This document shows, piece by piece, positions 33,658 to 46,608 of a DNA stretch of 64,000 nucleotides. Origin of the DNA: an uncultured Acidobacteriota bacterium (lineage in GTDB: Bacteria; Acidobacteriota; Vicinamibacteria; Vicinamibacterales; 2-12-FULL-66-21); NCBI GenBank assembly GCA_963786615.1, contig CAWAZT010000014.1, positions 438,344 to 502,343 on the forward strand. The letters are read 5' to 3'. The position numbers and the translations under genes are program-made. The first letter of the stretch is position 1, and each line of letters opens with the position of its first letter. The notes under the pieces are model-generated. The model searched no databases, was not told the origin of the DNA, and saw only the letters and a list, made by a program, of their open reading frames with translations.

Positions 33658-33662
33658 GAGCT

Positions 33663-35506
<1,844 letters not shown>

Positions 35507-35543
35507 ATCCTGCAGTCCTTGAAGTCGACCGTCGACTACTGGT

Positions 35544-36924
35544 TTACGTCGATTTCTTCTTGCGCTCGACCCAGCCGGGCTTGTTGACCTGCTTGCCGCG
35601 CGCGATGCCGAGCGCGCCTTCCGGCACGTCCTCGGTGATCGACGAGCCCGCCGCGACGTACGCACCGCGTCCGACGCGGACCGGCGCGATCAATTGCGAG
35701 TCGCTGCCGATGAACGCATTGTCCTCGATCACCGTCGGATTCTTGTGCGTGCCATCGTAGTTGCACGTGATCGTGCCCGCGCCGACATTGACGTGTGCGC
35801 CGATCGTCGCGTCGCCCAGGTACGTGAGGTGACTCGCCTTCGATCCCGGTCCAAGCGTCGTCTTCTTGAGTTCGACGAAGTTGCCGACCTTCGCGTCTCG
35901 CTCGACGCGGGACTGCGGCCTGACGTGCGCGAACGGGCCGACGTGCGCGCCGGTGGCGATGTACGACTCGGTGATCACGCAGAAGTTGTTGATCACGACG
36001 CCGTCTTCCACCGTGCTGTCGGCAATCCGCACGCACGCGTGGACGACACAGCCGGAGCCGATCGCCGTCTTGCCTTCGAGAAAGACGTTCGGGTGAAGCA
36101 CGGTGTCGGGACCGACCGTCACGTCTGGGCCGATCCATGTCGACGCGGGATCGACGATGGTCACGCCGGCTGCCATCAACTCCTCGTTGCGATCCTGCTT
36201 CAGAATGACGCTCACGTCCGCCAGCTCCCTTCGGCTGTTCACCCCGAGGATCTCCCGTGCGTCGTCGAGCCTCACGGCATCGACGACGAGGCCGCGCGTG
36301 CGGTAGATCCGCACGAGATCCGGAAGGTAGTACTCCCGCTGCGCGTTGTCGGCGCCGACGTTGGCCAGCGCCTCGAACAACGGATCCAGATCGAACGCGT
36401 AGATGCCGCTGTTGATCTCCCGGATCCGTCGTTGGTCGCGGCGTCGCATCCTTCTCCTCCACGATCGCGGCAAGCGACTCGCCGTCGCGCACGATGCGGC
36501 CGTACCCGTGAGGGTCGTCGACGAGGGCGGACAACACCGTCGCTGCCGCACCGCGTGCACGATGCCTCTCGACCAGCTGACGGAGCGTCGTCGCCCTGAG
36601 CAACGGAACATCGCCCGACAGCAGGACCAGCGTTCCGCGCGCCCCCCGCAAGTGCGGTTCCGCCTGCAGCAGCGCATGGCCGGTTCCCAGCTGTGGCTCC
36701 TGCAATGCAAACCGCAGGCCCGGCCGTTTCCCGACCGCGCGCTCGACATCCTCCGCCTGGTGGCCGACAACCGCAACGATTGTGGAGGGTTGGAGCGACT
36801 CCGCCGTCCGGAGCACCCGCTCGATCAGCGACAATTCTCCCGCACGGTGGAGCACTTTGGGCAGCGCGGACTTCATGCGCGTACCTTTTCCTGCCGCGAG
36901 AATCACAACATGCAGATCTGACAT
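35544..36924 (-). CDS. glmU: Bifunctional UDP-N-acetylglucosamine pyrophosphorylase / glucosamine-1-phosphate N-acetyltransferase (one frameshift at ~36440)
   Basis: N-terminus [30 protein letters not shown]...LSGDVPLL (35536..37206 frame from the ATG at 36924); C-terminal LbH acetyltransferase ...[11 protein letters not shown]...hexapeptide repeats...[17 protein letters not shown] (35544..36776). Confidence 0.85.
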
Positions 36925-36991
36925 GAATGTCGGGCGCCTTCCGTGGGGATCATCGTCGCATGCGCCGCAGTCGCGGGACGATGGAATCCCG

Positions 36992-37744
36992 CTAGCGCCG
37001 GATTTTGCGTGGCTGGGGGCCGGCGTGCTTGGCGGGGTCGGCGTCCGGCGCCGGCGACTCGAGCGCGTCACGAAAGGCTTCGAGCTCCCGCAGCGCATCC
37101 AGATCGGGATCCTGCCGTGCGAGGGCGCGATTCTCGGGGTTGAGCGTGACGGCGTGGCGCAGGTGCTCGACCGCCGCCGCGCGGTCTCCGCGGCGTGTGC
37201 TCGCAACCGCCATCATGTAGTGCGCGTGGTCGTGGCGCGGATTCTCGCCGAGCGCCCGTTGCAGGTGCTGCACGGCCACTGATTCCTGATCGGCGTTCAG
37301 GGCGATGGTCGCCTCGTAGACCCATTCGTCGGCCGTTCGTGACACCGGCTCCCGGGGCTCGAGCTCGCGCTCGCAGACCTTCAGATACAGCCGTGCACGT
37401 TCGAGGAGCTCGCGCTCGTCGGGATACTGCTGGATCACCGAGCGCAAGGCGTTCGCGGCGGCGGAGAAATCCCGCCGCTGGAGGGCCTGCAGTCCGCGTT
37501 CGTACAGGCCGACGGCCTCGTGGTACGTGGGCTTTCGGGCAGGCGCCGGAGGCGCTGCCTGCGGTGCCGCGGCCTGAACTGCGGCAGGCTGCGCCGGCGC
37601 GCTCGACGCTGTCCGGGACGCCAGCCTGGGCCGCTTCGAGGCTCTGGCCCTGGTTCGGGACGAGGAGCCCCGGCTTGCCGCTCGCTGCCGTGCCGGCTTC
37701 CGTTTCGGGGTTCGGGCGGTGGTCGCCCGGCGTGCTTTCGCCAT
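36992..37744 (-). CDS. Hypothetical protein with basic N-terminus and TPR-like C-terminal half
   Basis: 250-aa ORF; RK-rich N-terminus; ...YHEAVGLYERGLQALQRRDFSAAANALRSVIQQYPDE...YLKVCERE... helical-repeat character; no specific family recognised. Confidence 0.45.
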   Translation of the reverse strand: MAKARRATTARTPKRKPARQRAASRGSSSRTRARASKRPRLASRTASSAPAQPAAVQAAAPQAAPPAPARKPTYHEAVGLYERGLQALQRRDFSAAANALRSVIQQYPDERELLERARLYLKVCERELEPREPVSRTADEWVYEATIALNADQESVAVQHLQRALGENPRHDHAHYMMAVASTRRGDRAAAVEHLRHAVTLNPENRALARQDPDLDALRELEAFRDALESPAPDADPAKHAGPQPRKIRR

Positions 37745-37961
37745 CGCAATAGCCTGCTGGAGTCGAGAATCCAGCGGGTGGACAGTAGCAAATCCCGTCG
37801 CGTGGGGTCAAGACGACCAAAGGCCAATGTATGTTTGGTCTAACAACCAATATATGTTACCGCTTCCCCAAGAGATCATAGAGCGCGTTCGGCGCTCAGC
37901 CCATGGCGTTTCCCGACTTCTTTGAGCGCTTCTCGGCGCCTCAAACCCTCTTGTTTTGGTC

Positions 37962-38707
37962 AATTCACCAACTTCGACGGCCAAGGCCGTCGGCATCGGG
38001 AATCTCGGCCTTCACCGCGATCGTCGGATCGAACCCCGTCATCTGGGGGCAGCACAAGAGTGAACTCTCCTCTTGGGTTTTGAAAGTGCTCCAAGAGCTC
38101 ATTAATAGGCTTAATGACCAATTCCTCGTGCACTTTGTCAGCTCTCGCCCAACCATAGCGAGTCTGTTAGGTCGAATGACCATCAGAAAGTCGCCCAACG
38201 TTCGCCCGCAGCCGATGCGGCGCTTCGAAGAAGACCACGGTTCGAGTCTCGGAAGCCACCTTCGCGAACCAGAGTTTGCGGTCTTTTGACCTAATCGGTG
38301 GGAATCCGAGGAATGTGAACTCGCTGGTCGGGAAGCCCCGCCGCGGACAACGCCGCCATCACGGCGCTCGGTCCGGGAATGCTTTCCACCCGCACTCCTG
38401 CCGCCCGCGCGGCCGCGACGAGCGATTGACCGGGATCCGAGATCAGCGGCGTGCCGGCATCCGACACGAGCGCAATGGATTCCCCGCGGGAGAGCCGGGC
38501 GATCAGCGCCGGCGTTTGCCGACGCTCGTTGTGCTCGTGAAGGCTCGTCGTCGGCGTCGAGATCGAGTAGTGTTGGAGGAGCCGATTCGTCCGGCGCGTA
38601 TCCTCCGCCGCGATGAGGGAAACCTCGCGCAGGATCCTGAGGGCCCGCAGAGTGACGTCTTCGAGGTTGCCAATGGGAGTGGCAACCACATACAGGATGC
38701 CGGACAT
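37962..38707 (-). CDS. rsmI: 16S rRNA (cytidine1402-2'-O)-methyltransferase RsmI (>=3 frameshifts in the 3' half; 3' end approximate)
   Basis: MSGILYVVATPIGNLEDVTLRALRILREVSLIAAEDTRRTNRLLQHYSI...IALVSDAGTPLISDPG (38291..39028 frame from the ATG at 38707); then FTFLGFPP...TVVFFEAPHRL, AMVGRELTK and VHEELVIKPINELLEHFQNPRGEFTLVLPP in alternating frames through the lower-GC stretch 37960-38290. Confidence 0.65.
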
Positions 38708-38731
38708 GCGCGGGCCGCAGATTCTACCAGA

Positions 38732-40393
38732 ATGTATTCCGCCGAACCCCTGCCGCACTTCGTTGATGAGTACCTCGCCTGGCTCCATGAGGTCCATCCC
38801 ACCAACGCGACATTCGACGGCGTGCACCTTCATGACGATCTTCTCGAGGACCTCAGTCGTGCGGCCATCGATCACCAGATCCGGGCGCTCGGGCGGATTC
38901 GCGCGACGTCTCGCGGCGATCGACCCCGCGCGGCTGACCGACACGGAGCGGCTCGAGCGGCCGGCGCTCGAAGCCAACATCCGCGCCCGCCTGTTCGAGC
39001 TGGAGTCCGTCCGCTCGTGGGAGCGCAATCCCCAGCACTACGGCGACCTGGTCTCCACCAGCCTCGCCGGACAGGCGCTGTTCGACTACGCGCCGCTGGC
39101 CGAGCGCGCACGTCGGGTCCTGTCGAAGCTGCGCCAGGTGCCCGCGCCTGATGCAGGCAGCGCGCGACAACGTGAAGGATCCTCCGGGCATCTTCGTCAA
39201 GTTCGGCCTCGAGAGTCTCCGCGGGACGCAGCGGTTCATCGAAGAGGATCTGCCGAGAGCGTTCGGGGACGTGGACGACTTGCACCTGCTCGGCGATCTG
39301 GCGGACGCGTCATGCGAGGCGTCGGCCGCCGTCGGCGCGTACGTGACGTACCTCGAGGAAGACCTGGCGCCCCGCGCCCGCGGATCGTTCCGTCTCGGCG
39401 CCGATCGCTTCGGCCAGAAGCTTCAGCTCGAAGAGGGGCTGACGCTCGATGCCGACCGCCTGCTCGCCATTGCCATGCGGGAGCTCCACGCGACCCAGGA
39501 GGAATTCCGCCGCGCCGCGTCGCGCCTGGATGGCACGGATCCGTTTGCTGCGTGGGCGCGCGCGAAAGGGGACCATCCGGCGGCCGGCCAGGTCGTCTCC
39601 ACCGCGCAGGCGCAGCTCGACGAGCTCGAGACGTTCATCCGGCGACAGGATCTCGTCAGCCTGCCGGAGTCCGCGCAGGTGCAGGTCGCGCCGACGCCGC
39701 GGTTCTATCGCTGGACGTTCGCCAGCATGTGGACCCCGGGGCCATTCGAGGCGCAAACCGCTGCGCGGGTTCTACTACATCACCGATGTGGATCCGGCGT
39801 GGCCGCCCGATCGTCAGGAAGAGCACCTGCGCGATTTCAGCTACGGCGCGCTGTGGGCGATTTCCATCCACGAGGTCTTCCCGGGCCACTTCCTGCATTA
39901 TCAGCACCTGCGCCGGCTGACCTCCACGCTGCGCAAATCGATCCTGTTCTCGTCGGCCGCCATGGTCGAAGGCTGGGCGCACTACGTCGAGCAGATGATG
40001 GTCGAGGCGGGCTTCCGCCGGCAGGATCCGGTCGTGAAGCTCGGTCAGCTCGCGGAGTCCCTCATCCGGCTCTGTCGGCTGATCGTCGGCGTGCGCCTGC
40101 ACTGCGAAGACCTCTCGGTCGAACAGGGCGTCCGCTTCTTCAAGGACGAAGCGTACCTGGAAGAGTCGGCGTGCCCGCCGCGAGGCCGAGCGCGGAACCT
40201 TCGACCCGTCGTACGTCCTGTACTCGCTCGGAAAGCTGATGGTGCTGAAGCTGCGGGACGACTACACGGCCAAGGTCGGCAGCCGGTTCTCCCTGCGCGA
40301 GTTCCACGACACCCTGCTCGGGAACGGGACGGTGCCGCTCTGGCTGCACCGGAACCTGATGCTCGGCGAGCACAATGGGGCTATGCTTGAATG
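38732..40393 (+). CDS. DUF885-family protein (predicted HExxxGH metallopeptidase-like; >=3 frameshifts)
   Basis: MYSAEPLPHFVDEYLAWLHEVHPTNATFDGVHLHDD... then ...GALWAISIHEVFPGHFLHYQHLRR...AMVEGWAHYVEQMMVEAGF... then ...FDPSYVLYSLGKLMVLKLRDDYTAKVGSRFSLREFHDTLLGNGTVPLWLHRNLMLGEHNGAMLE*; start codon 25 bp from the divergent rsmI start. Confidence 0.55.
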
Positions 40394-40400
40394 ACAGCCT

Positions 40401-40721
40401 ATGCCCTTATATGAATACGAGTGTGACGCCTGCCATCAGCGCTTCGAGCGCATCCAGAAATATTCCGATCCGCCGATAGACGTCTGCGTCAAGTGCGGGA
40501 AGGGTCCCGTCCGCAAGCTGTTCTCGTCCCCGGCCATTCAGTTCAAGGGATCAGGCTTCTACATCACCGACTACGCGCGAAAGTCCTCGACCGACTCCGG
40601 GAAGACCGGCGGCGACACGTCATCATCCACGACATCCTCCAGCACGAGCGCCACGGAATCATCGGCGGCACCCGCCAAGCCGAGCGAGAAATCGTCGGAC
40701 AAGACCGAGAAGAAGTCCTAA
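40401..40721 (+). CDS. FmdB-family zinc-ribbon protein
   Basis: MPLYEYECDACHQRFERIQKYSDPPIDVCVKCGKGPVRKLFS, the CxxC...CxxC FmdB signature, followed by an S/T-rich acidic tail. Confidence 0.6.
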   Translation: MPLYEYECDACHQRFERIQKYSDPPIDVCVKCGKGPVRKLFSSPAIQFKGSGFYITDYARKSSTDSGKTGGDTSSSTTSSSTSATESSAAPAKPSEKSSDKTEKKS

Positions 40722-40725
40722 GCCC

Positions 40726-41614
40726 TCAGCGGCTGGTGGCGGGCTTGCCGAGATCGATCGTCTGCAGGTATTCGCGGAATCGATCGGACAGATCCGGACG
40801 CCGCAGCGCGAAGTACACGACCGCCTTCAGGAATCCCAGCTTGTTTCCGGTGTCGTGCCGGACGCCGTCGATGCGGCAGCCGTAGATCGGCCGCTGCTTC
40901 AAGCAGGCGCCGCAGGCCGTTGGTCAGTTGGATTTCCCCGGTTCGATCCTTGGCCGTTTCCTCGAGCGCCCCGAAGATGTCGGGCGTCAGGATGTAGCGA
41001 CCGATGATCGCCAGGTTCGACGGCGCCTCGTCGCGGGGTGGCTTCTCGACGAGGTCGCGGATCTTGTACACGCCAGGGCGCAGTTCCTCCGCGTCGATGA
41101 TCCCGTAGGAGCTGACGTCGGCGCGCGGGACTTCTTCGATCGCGAGCACGGGTCCGTTCAGCTCCTGGAACACGTCGATCATCTGGCGCAGCGCCGGCGG
41201 ATGCGCATCGATCACGTCGTCACCGAGAATCACCGCGAAGGGCTCCTGCCCGACGAGACTTCGTGTGACGAGGACGGCGTGGCCGAGCCCGAGCGGCTCT
41301 CCCTGACGCACGTAGGAGAAGTTGATCAGGTTGGAAATTTGCCGGATCTCCGCGAGGAGCTCGGTCTTGCCGCGCGCTTCGAGGAACGTCTCGAGCTCCA
41401 CCGATACGTCGAAGTGGTCTTCGATGGCGTTCTTGCCGCGGCCGGTGACCAGGATGATGTTGTCGACGCCCGAGGCGAGCGCCTCTTCCACCCCGTATTG
41501 GATGATCGGTTTGTCCACGAGCGGCAGCATCTCTTTCGGCTGCGCCTTTGTCGCCGGCAGAAAGCGCGTGCCGAGCCCGGCCGCGGGAAAGACGGCTTTA
41601 CGAACTGGCGTCAT
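40726..41614 (-). CDS. galU: UTP--glucose-1-phosphate uridylyltransferase (one frameshift near the 3' end)
   Basis: MTPVRKAVFPAAGLGTRFLPATKAQPKEMLPLVDKPIIQYGVEEA...; C-terminus PIYGCRIDGVRHDTGNKLGFLKAVVYFALRRPDLSDRFREYLQ...* recovered in a second frame. Confidence 0.8.
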
Positions 41615-41723
41615 CATCCCGGGCATCGTATCCCAGGAGCGGCTTGCCGGGTATAGGATCAGGGGGCTTCGCCGTCGGGCTGAGCGCTGATCGCTGAAGG
41701 CTGGCACACAGGACAAGCAACGC

Positions 41724-43034
41724 ATGATTGATCCGACGTACGTAAGAGATCACGTCGAGGAGGTCCGTAACGGACTGCAGAACCGCGGTCTGCGTCTGGA
41801 CACCGAGCTGGAACAACTCGCGACGCTGGAGCTCCGGCGTCGTCGTCTGATTCCCGAGCTCGAGGGCCTGAAGCGCGAGCAGAACACCGCCGGCGATCAG
41901 GTCGCGCGCGCCAAGCGTCAAGGGCAGGACGCGTCCGCGATTTTCGCGGCCAACAAGGCACGCGCGCAGCAGATCCGGCAGATCGAAATCGAACTCGACC
42001 AGGTCGAGCAGCAACGCTCGGCGCTGCTCATGACGCTTCCGAATCTTCCGCACGCGTCCGTGCCGGTGGGATCGAGCGCCGAGCAGAACACCGAGGTCCG
42101 TCGGCACGGCACCGTGCCCACATTCGACTTCGAGCCGCGCCCGCATTGGGAGCTCGGCGCCGCGCTCGGCATCATCAACTTCGAGCAGGCAACGAAGATG
42201 TCGGGCTCGCGCTTTGCGGTCCTCAGCGGCGCGGGCGCCCGATTGTCACGCGCGCTCATCAACTTCATGCTCGACCTGCACACGCGCGAGCATGGCTATA
42301 CCGAGATCGAGCCGCCGTTTCTCGTGAACAGCGAAGCGCTGCGCGGCACCGGGAATCTGCCCAAGTTCGAACAGGATCTCTTCCGCATCGCGGGGGACTG
42401 GGATCTCTTTCTGATTCCGACCGCCGAGGTGCCGCTGACGAACCTGCATCGAGGAGAGATTCTCGACGGCCGGCGGCTGACGCTGCGCTACACGGCCTAC
42501 ACGCCCTGCTTCCGCAGCGAGGCCGGATCCTACGGCGCCGATGTGCGCGGCTCGATCCGGCAGCATCAGTTCGACAAGGTCGAGCTCGTCAAGTTCACCA
42601 CGCCCGATCAGTCCTACGACGAGCTGGAGTCGCTGACGGCCAACGCCGAGGAAGTCCTCAAACGCCTCGAGCTGCCGTACCGGACGATGCTGCTGTGCAC
42701 GGGAGACCTGGGGTTTGCCTCGGCAAAGACGTACGACATCGAGGTCTGGCTGCCGAGCCAGCAGACCTACCGCGAGATCTCGTCCTGCAGCAACACCGAG
42801 GCGTTCCAGGCGCGCCGCGCCAACATCAAGTTCCGGCCGCAGGGGACCGGCAAGGCGGAATTCGTCCACACCCTGAACGGGTCAGGCCTGGCCGTGGGCC
42901 GGACGCTGATCGCCATCCTCGAGAACGGTCAGCGCAAGGATGGCAGCGTCGTCATTCCGGCCGCGCTGCGTCCGTACATGGACGGCCGGGACGTCATCGA
43001 GCCGCCGGACCGGCGAAAGCTGAGCCCAGTCTGA
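41724..43034 (+). CDS. serS: Serine--tRNA ligase
   Basis: 436-aa intact ORF: N-terminal coiled coil, class II core with ...[30 protein letters not shown]...[18 protein letters not shown]. Confidence 0.92.
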   Translation: MIDPTYVRDHVEEVRNGLQNRGLRLDTELEQLATLELRRRRLIPELEGLKREQNTAGDQVARAKRQGQDASAIFAANKARAQQIRQIEIELDQVEQQRSALLMTLPNLPHASVPVGSSAEQNTEVRRHGTVPTFDFEPRPHWELGAALGIINFEQATKMSGSRFAVLSGAGARLSRALINFMLDLHTREHGYTEIEPPFLVNSEALRGTGNLPKFEQDLFRIAGDWDLFLIPTAEVPLTNLHRGEILDGRRLTLRYTAYTPCFRSEAGSYGADVRGSIRQHQFDKVELVKFTTPDQSYDELESLTANAEEVLKRLELPYRTMLLCTGDLGFASAKTYDIEVWLPSQQTYREISSCSNTEAFQARRANIKFRPQGTGKAEFVHTLNGSGLAVGRTLIAILENGQRKDGSVVIPAALRPYMDGRDVIEPPDRRKLSPV

Positions 43035-43167
43035 CGGTCCTGGGCCCTCGACCCTCGGCGTTCAATCCTCGATTCTCGACTCCCGAACCGTCGACGACCG
43101 ACCCTCGATCACACTATCTGTAGTCCAACATATAATCCCCGAACAGGCTTTCTCCGTCTAACGGGTC

Positions 43168-43530
43168 ATGACCGCCCAGCGCGACCCACGCGATCTGCTG
43201 CCGCTCCCCTCTCACGACTTCCAGGTCCTGTTGTCGCTCGCCGACGGGCCCAGGCACGCCTACGGGATGGCCAAGGCGGTCGAGGGCCAGACAGGGGGCG
43301 TGCGTCTCGGGATTGGATCGCTCTACCGCATCCTCGCGCGGCTCACCGCCGACGGCGTGATCGAGGACGACCTGCCGGCCATCGGACGCCGAAGGCCACG
43401 AGGCGCGGCGCCGGTACTACCGGCTGACGACGTTCGGACGGCGTGTGGCGCGGGCGGAGGCGGTGCGACTCGAGGACGTGGTGAAGACCGCGCGTCGGCA
43501 GAAGCTGCTGCCGTCGAGGTCGAAATGACT
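43168..43530 (+). CDS. PadR-family transcriptional regulator (one frameshift at ~43385)
   Basis: ...PSHDFQVLLSLADGPRHAYGMAKAVEGQTGGVRLGIGSLYRILARLTADGVIED then (shifted) ...RRRYYRLTTFGRRVARAEAVRLEDVVKTARRQKLLPSRSK*; TGA overlaps the ATG of the downstream permease (ATGA). Confidence 0.65.
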
Positions 43531-46257
43531 GACGGCGGTCCCGTCTGGCTCGTTCGCCTGGTGCTTCGCCTCTACCCCGCGCGATTTCGGGAGCGCTATG
43601 CGGCCGACATGGAGCAGCAGTTCTCGGACCGGTGGCAGGACCGATCGGGCGTGCTCTCGCGCCTCGGTGTTTCTGAGTGGTGCGCTCGTCAGCCTGACGC
43701 TCTCGGCGGTCGCTGAGCGACGCTACAGCTCGCTCGACGGCTCCGTCACGCGCGCGGCGCGCCGTGGCGGCAACGAGCCGAGGGAAGGAGGAATCGTGTT
43801 CGGACTGCTGCAGGATACTCAGTACGCGCTGCGGCTCCTTCGCCGTCAGCCCGGCTTCTCGCTCTTCGTGATGCTGACCATGGCGGTCGGGATTGGCGCA
43901 AACGTCGCGGTCTTCAGCGTCGTCGACGGCGTGCTGCTGAAGCCCTTGCCGTTCGCACAGAGCGATCGGCTGGTCGCCATCTGGGGACGCTTCGATCCCG
44001 AGAGCGGCTTCAGCTTCCCGCAGTTTCCGTTGTCCAATCCCGAGTTCGTCGACTACCGGCAGGAAGCCCATGCCCTGGAGGACGTAGCGGCGTGGGCGCG
44101 TCAGTCGGTGACGGTTGGCGGTCCGGGCGCGGAGCCAGAGCGGGTCGTGGCCGCGGCCGTTTCGGCCAATCTGTTTTCGCTTCTGCGCGTGTCGCCGTCG
44201 GCCGGCCGCACGTTCACGAACGAGGAGGACCGTCCGAAAGCGCCCCCGGTCGCCGTGCTCTCGGCAGGCTATTGGCGGAGCCACTTTGCCGGCGACCCGT
44301 CGGTCGTGGGACGGACGGTTCTCATGAATGGTGTCCCGACCACGATCGTCGGGATCATGCCGGAAGGATTCGCGTTTCCGGGCACGACCACGCGAATCTG
44401 GATCCCGCTGGGGATCGACCCGGCGAATCCCGGCAACCGTCAGGGGCACAATATTCGAGCGATCGGCAGGCTGGCACCCGGTGCGTCGATCGAGACAGCT
44501 CGTGCGGAGCTCCGGACGATCATGTCGGCGTGGAAAGCCAGGTATCCGGCGATCCACACGGGCCACTACCTGTTCGTGCGTCCGATGCTCGAGGAAGTGT
44601 CGGGATCGATCCGGCCGGCGCTGGTCGCGCTGCTGGGCGCCACCGGCTTCGTGCTGCTGATCGTGTGCGCGAACGTCGCGAACCTGATGCTGGCGCGCGG
44701 CGAGGCGCGAACACGCGAGATGGCCATTCGCGGTGCGCTCGGCGCACAGCGGGGACGTCTGTTGCGGCTGACCCTTCTCGAGAGCGGAATCCTCGCGATC
44801 GTCGGTGGCGGGCTCGGCCTTGCGCTTGCGCGGCATCGGCGTCCGGTTCCTGTTGACGCTCGATCCTGCCGGCATTCCCCGCGCGTCGGAAGTGGGTCTC
44901 GACGCGCGCATGCTCGGGTTCACGCTGCTCGTCACGCTGGTCTCGGCGATGCTGTCGGGCCTCGTGCCGGCCGTGCGCGGCGCATCTCCCGCGCTGCAAG
45001 GCACGCTTCGCGACACGAACCTGACGGCGACCGCCGGCGTGGGTCGCCAGCTCATTCGGCGATCGCTCGTCACGCTCGAAGTCGGCTTGTGTGTCGTGCT
45101 CGTCCTCGGCGCGGCGCTGATGCTGCGCAGCTTCGCGCGGCTGTTGTCCGTCGACCCGGGATTCCGGCCGTCGAACGTCATGATGGCCGGCGTGTCGCTG
45201 CCAGAGACGGCTTATGCCAATCCGGCCCGCGTCGAAGCGTTTTATTCCGGCTTGATGATGCGCCTTCGATCGGTCCCGGGCATTCGTGCCGTTTCGGCGG
45301 CGAGCGGCGTCCCTCTGTGGTCCGACGCCGGCGTGTGGGATTTCGAGGTCGAGGGCCGGCCGCGGCCGCTTCCTGGACAGATGGCCTGGAATGCAGCGGC
45401 GACGGTCGCCCGGGACGGCTTCTTCGAGACGCTTGGTATTCCCGCTCGCGCGCGGACGATTCTTCACGGTGCACGACGATGAGCGGAGCATGCCGGTGGC
45501 TGTGATCAACGAGGCGATGGCGCGGCGGTTCTTTACAGGGGAGGACCCGATAGGCAAGCGGATCCGCGTCAAAGGTGTCACCGACCCGAAAGGCTGGATG
45601 ACGATCGTCGGCGTGGCCCGCGACATTCGGGACGAAAGCCTCGACACGCCGCCGAGACCGTGCTACTACCTCGCGCACAGTCAGACGGTGCGCACCATCG
45701 AAGGCGGCTATCCATCGATGTCCATCCTGATGAAGGTGGATGGCGCTGGCGCTGTGGACACCGCGCGGACCGCGCTGGCCCGCGCGGTGCACGACCTCGA
45801 CTCGGGACTGCCGCTGTTCGACGTCCAGACCGTGGACACGATCATCGACCTGTCGGTGGCGCGGCCGAAGTTCACGACATCGCTCCTCGCGTTGTTCGCG
45901 ATGATCGGTGTTCTCCTGGGCGCCACGGGGATCTACGGCGTGCTGGCCTACACCGTCACGCGCAGCACTCAGGAAATTGGCATCCGCCGCGCGCTGGGCG
46001 CACCGACGCCCGGTCTGCTGACGCACATCGTTGCCGGCGGCATGCGGCCGGTCCTGGTCGGTCTCGTCCTCGGCATCACCGCGTCCTTCTGGAGCACTCG
46101 GCTGCTGACGACGGATCTGTTTGGCATCTCGCCGACGGATCCATCCACATATCTGCTGGCGGTGATCGGCGTGATCGTGGTGTCGCTGCTCGCGTGTCTG
46201 CTGCCCGCGCGCCGCGCGCTGCTCGTGAGCCCGATCGTTGCGCTGCGTTCGGAGTAA
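43527..46257 (+). CDS. MacB/FtsX-type ABC-transporter permease of the 'duplicated orphan permease' type (two FtsX domains; >=3 frameshifts)
   Basis: MTDGGPVWLVRLVLRLYPARFRERYAADMEQQF N-extension, then ...LRLLRRQPGFSLFVMLTMAVGIGANVAVFSVVDGVLLKPLPF...LIVCANVANLMLARGEARTREMAIRGALGAQRGRLLRL... (43598 frame), second FtsX domain ending ...LVSPIVALRSE* (45286..46257). Confidence 0.75.
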
Positions 46258-46332
46258 CGCACACTACGACCGCCGGTAGTAGAATCCGGAACCATGGCCG
46301 CGGACAGACGCGGATCTCGTGGCAACGGTCTC

Positions 46333-46556
46333 CGGCTCGGATGATCGTTTTTCCCTCCATCTGTCCGTCCTGCGCGTCGGACAAAGGTCGACGGATCATT
46401 CCCGAGAGCCCGGAAGTGCAGACGTTCCGATGCGGGGTGTGCCGCCACCAGTGGAGCGAGCCGCTTCGCGTGCTCGAGGTCATCCCCGATCCGGACGCCG
46501 GTGGCGCGGGCGGCCGTCGCTGGCCGCTCTGGCCGCGGCGGCGGGGCCGCGGATAA
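46333..46556 (+). CDS. Small hypothetical zinc-ribbon protein (CPxC...CGVC)
   Basis: MIVFPSICPSCASDKGRRIIPESPEVQTFRCGVCRHQWSEP...; internal ATG of ORF 45660..46556; 74 aa; Gly/Arg-rich tail lowers confidence. Confidence 0.35.
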
Positions 46557-46608
46557 GAGGCCGCGGAAACCCTGTCAGGCTGCGGATTACGCGGAAGACG
46601 CCGGCAAA

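Noticed and set aside
33647-33662. glmS as annotated by the ORF track (33647..35665) ending ...RVARGV
   Set aside because: Both ends are artefacts. The N-terminus is an in-frame upstream extension before the catalytic Met-Cys at 35506. The C-terminus is a frameshifted tail; removing one C restores ...[13 protein letters not shown]
38225-38265. tRNA/tmRNA-like T-loop motif GGTTCGAGTC
   Set aside because: No acceptor, D or anticodon arms could be built around it and it lies inside the rsmI coding region; chance match
37903-38289. 128-aa plus-strand ORF (MAFPDFFERF...) in the lower-GC stretch, considered as an orphan or horizontally acquired gene
   Set aside because: The opposite strand, after frameshift correction, encodes the conserved C-terminal half of RsmI (FFEAPHRL, GRELTK, GEFTLVLPP), so the plus-strand ORF is most likely an antisense artefact
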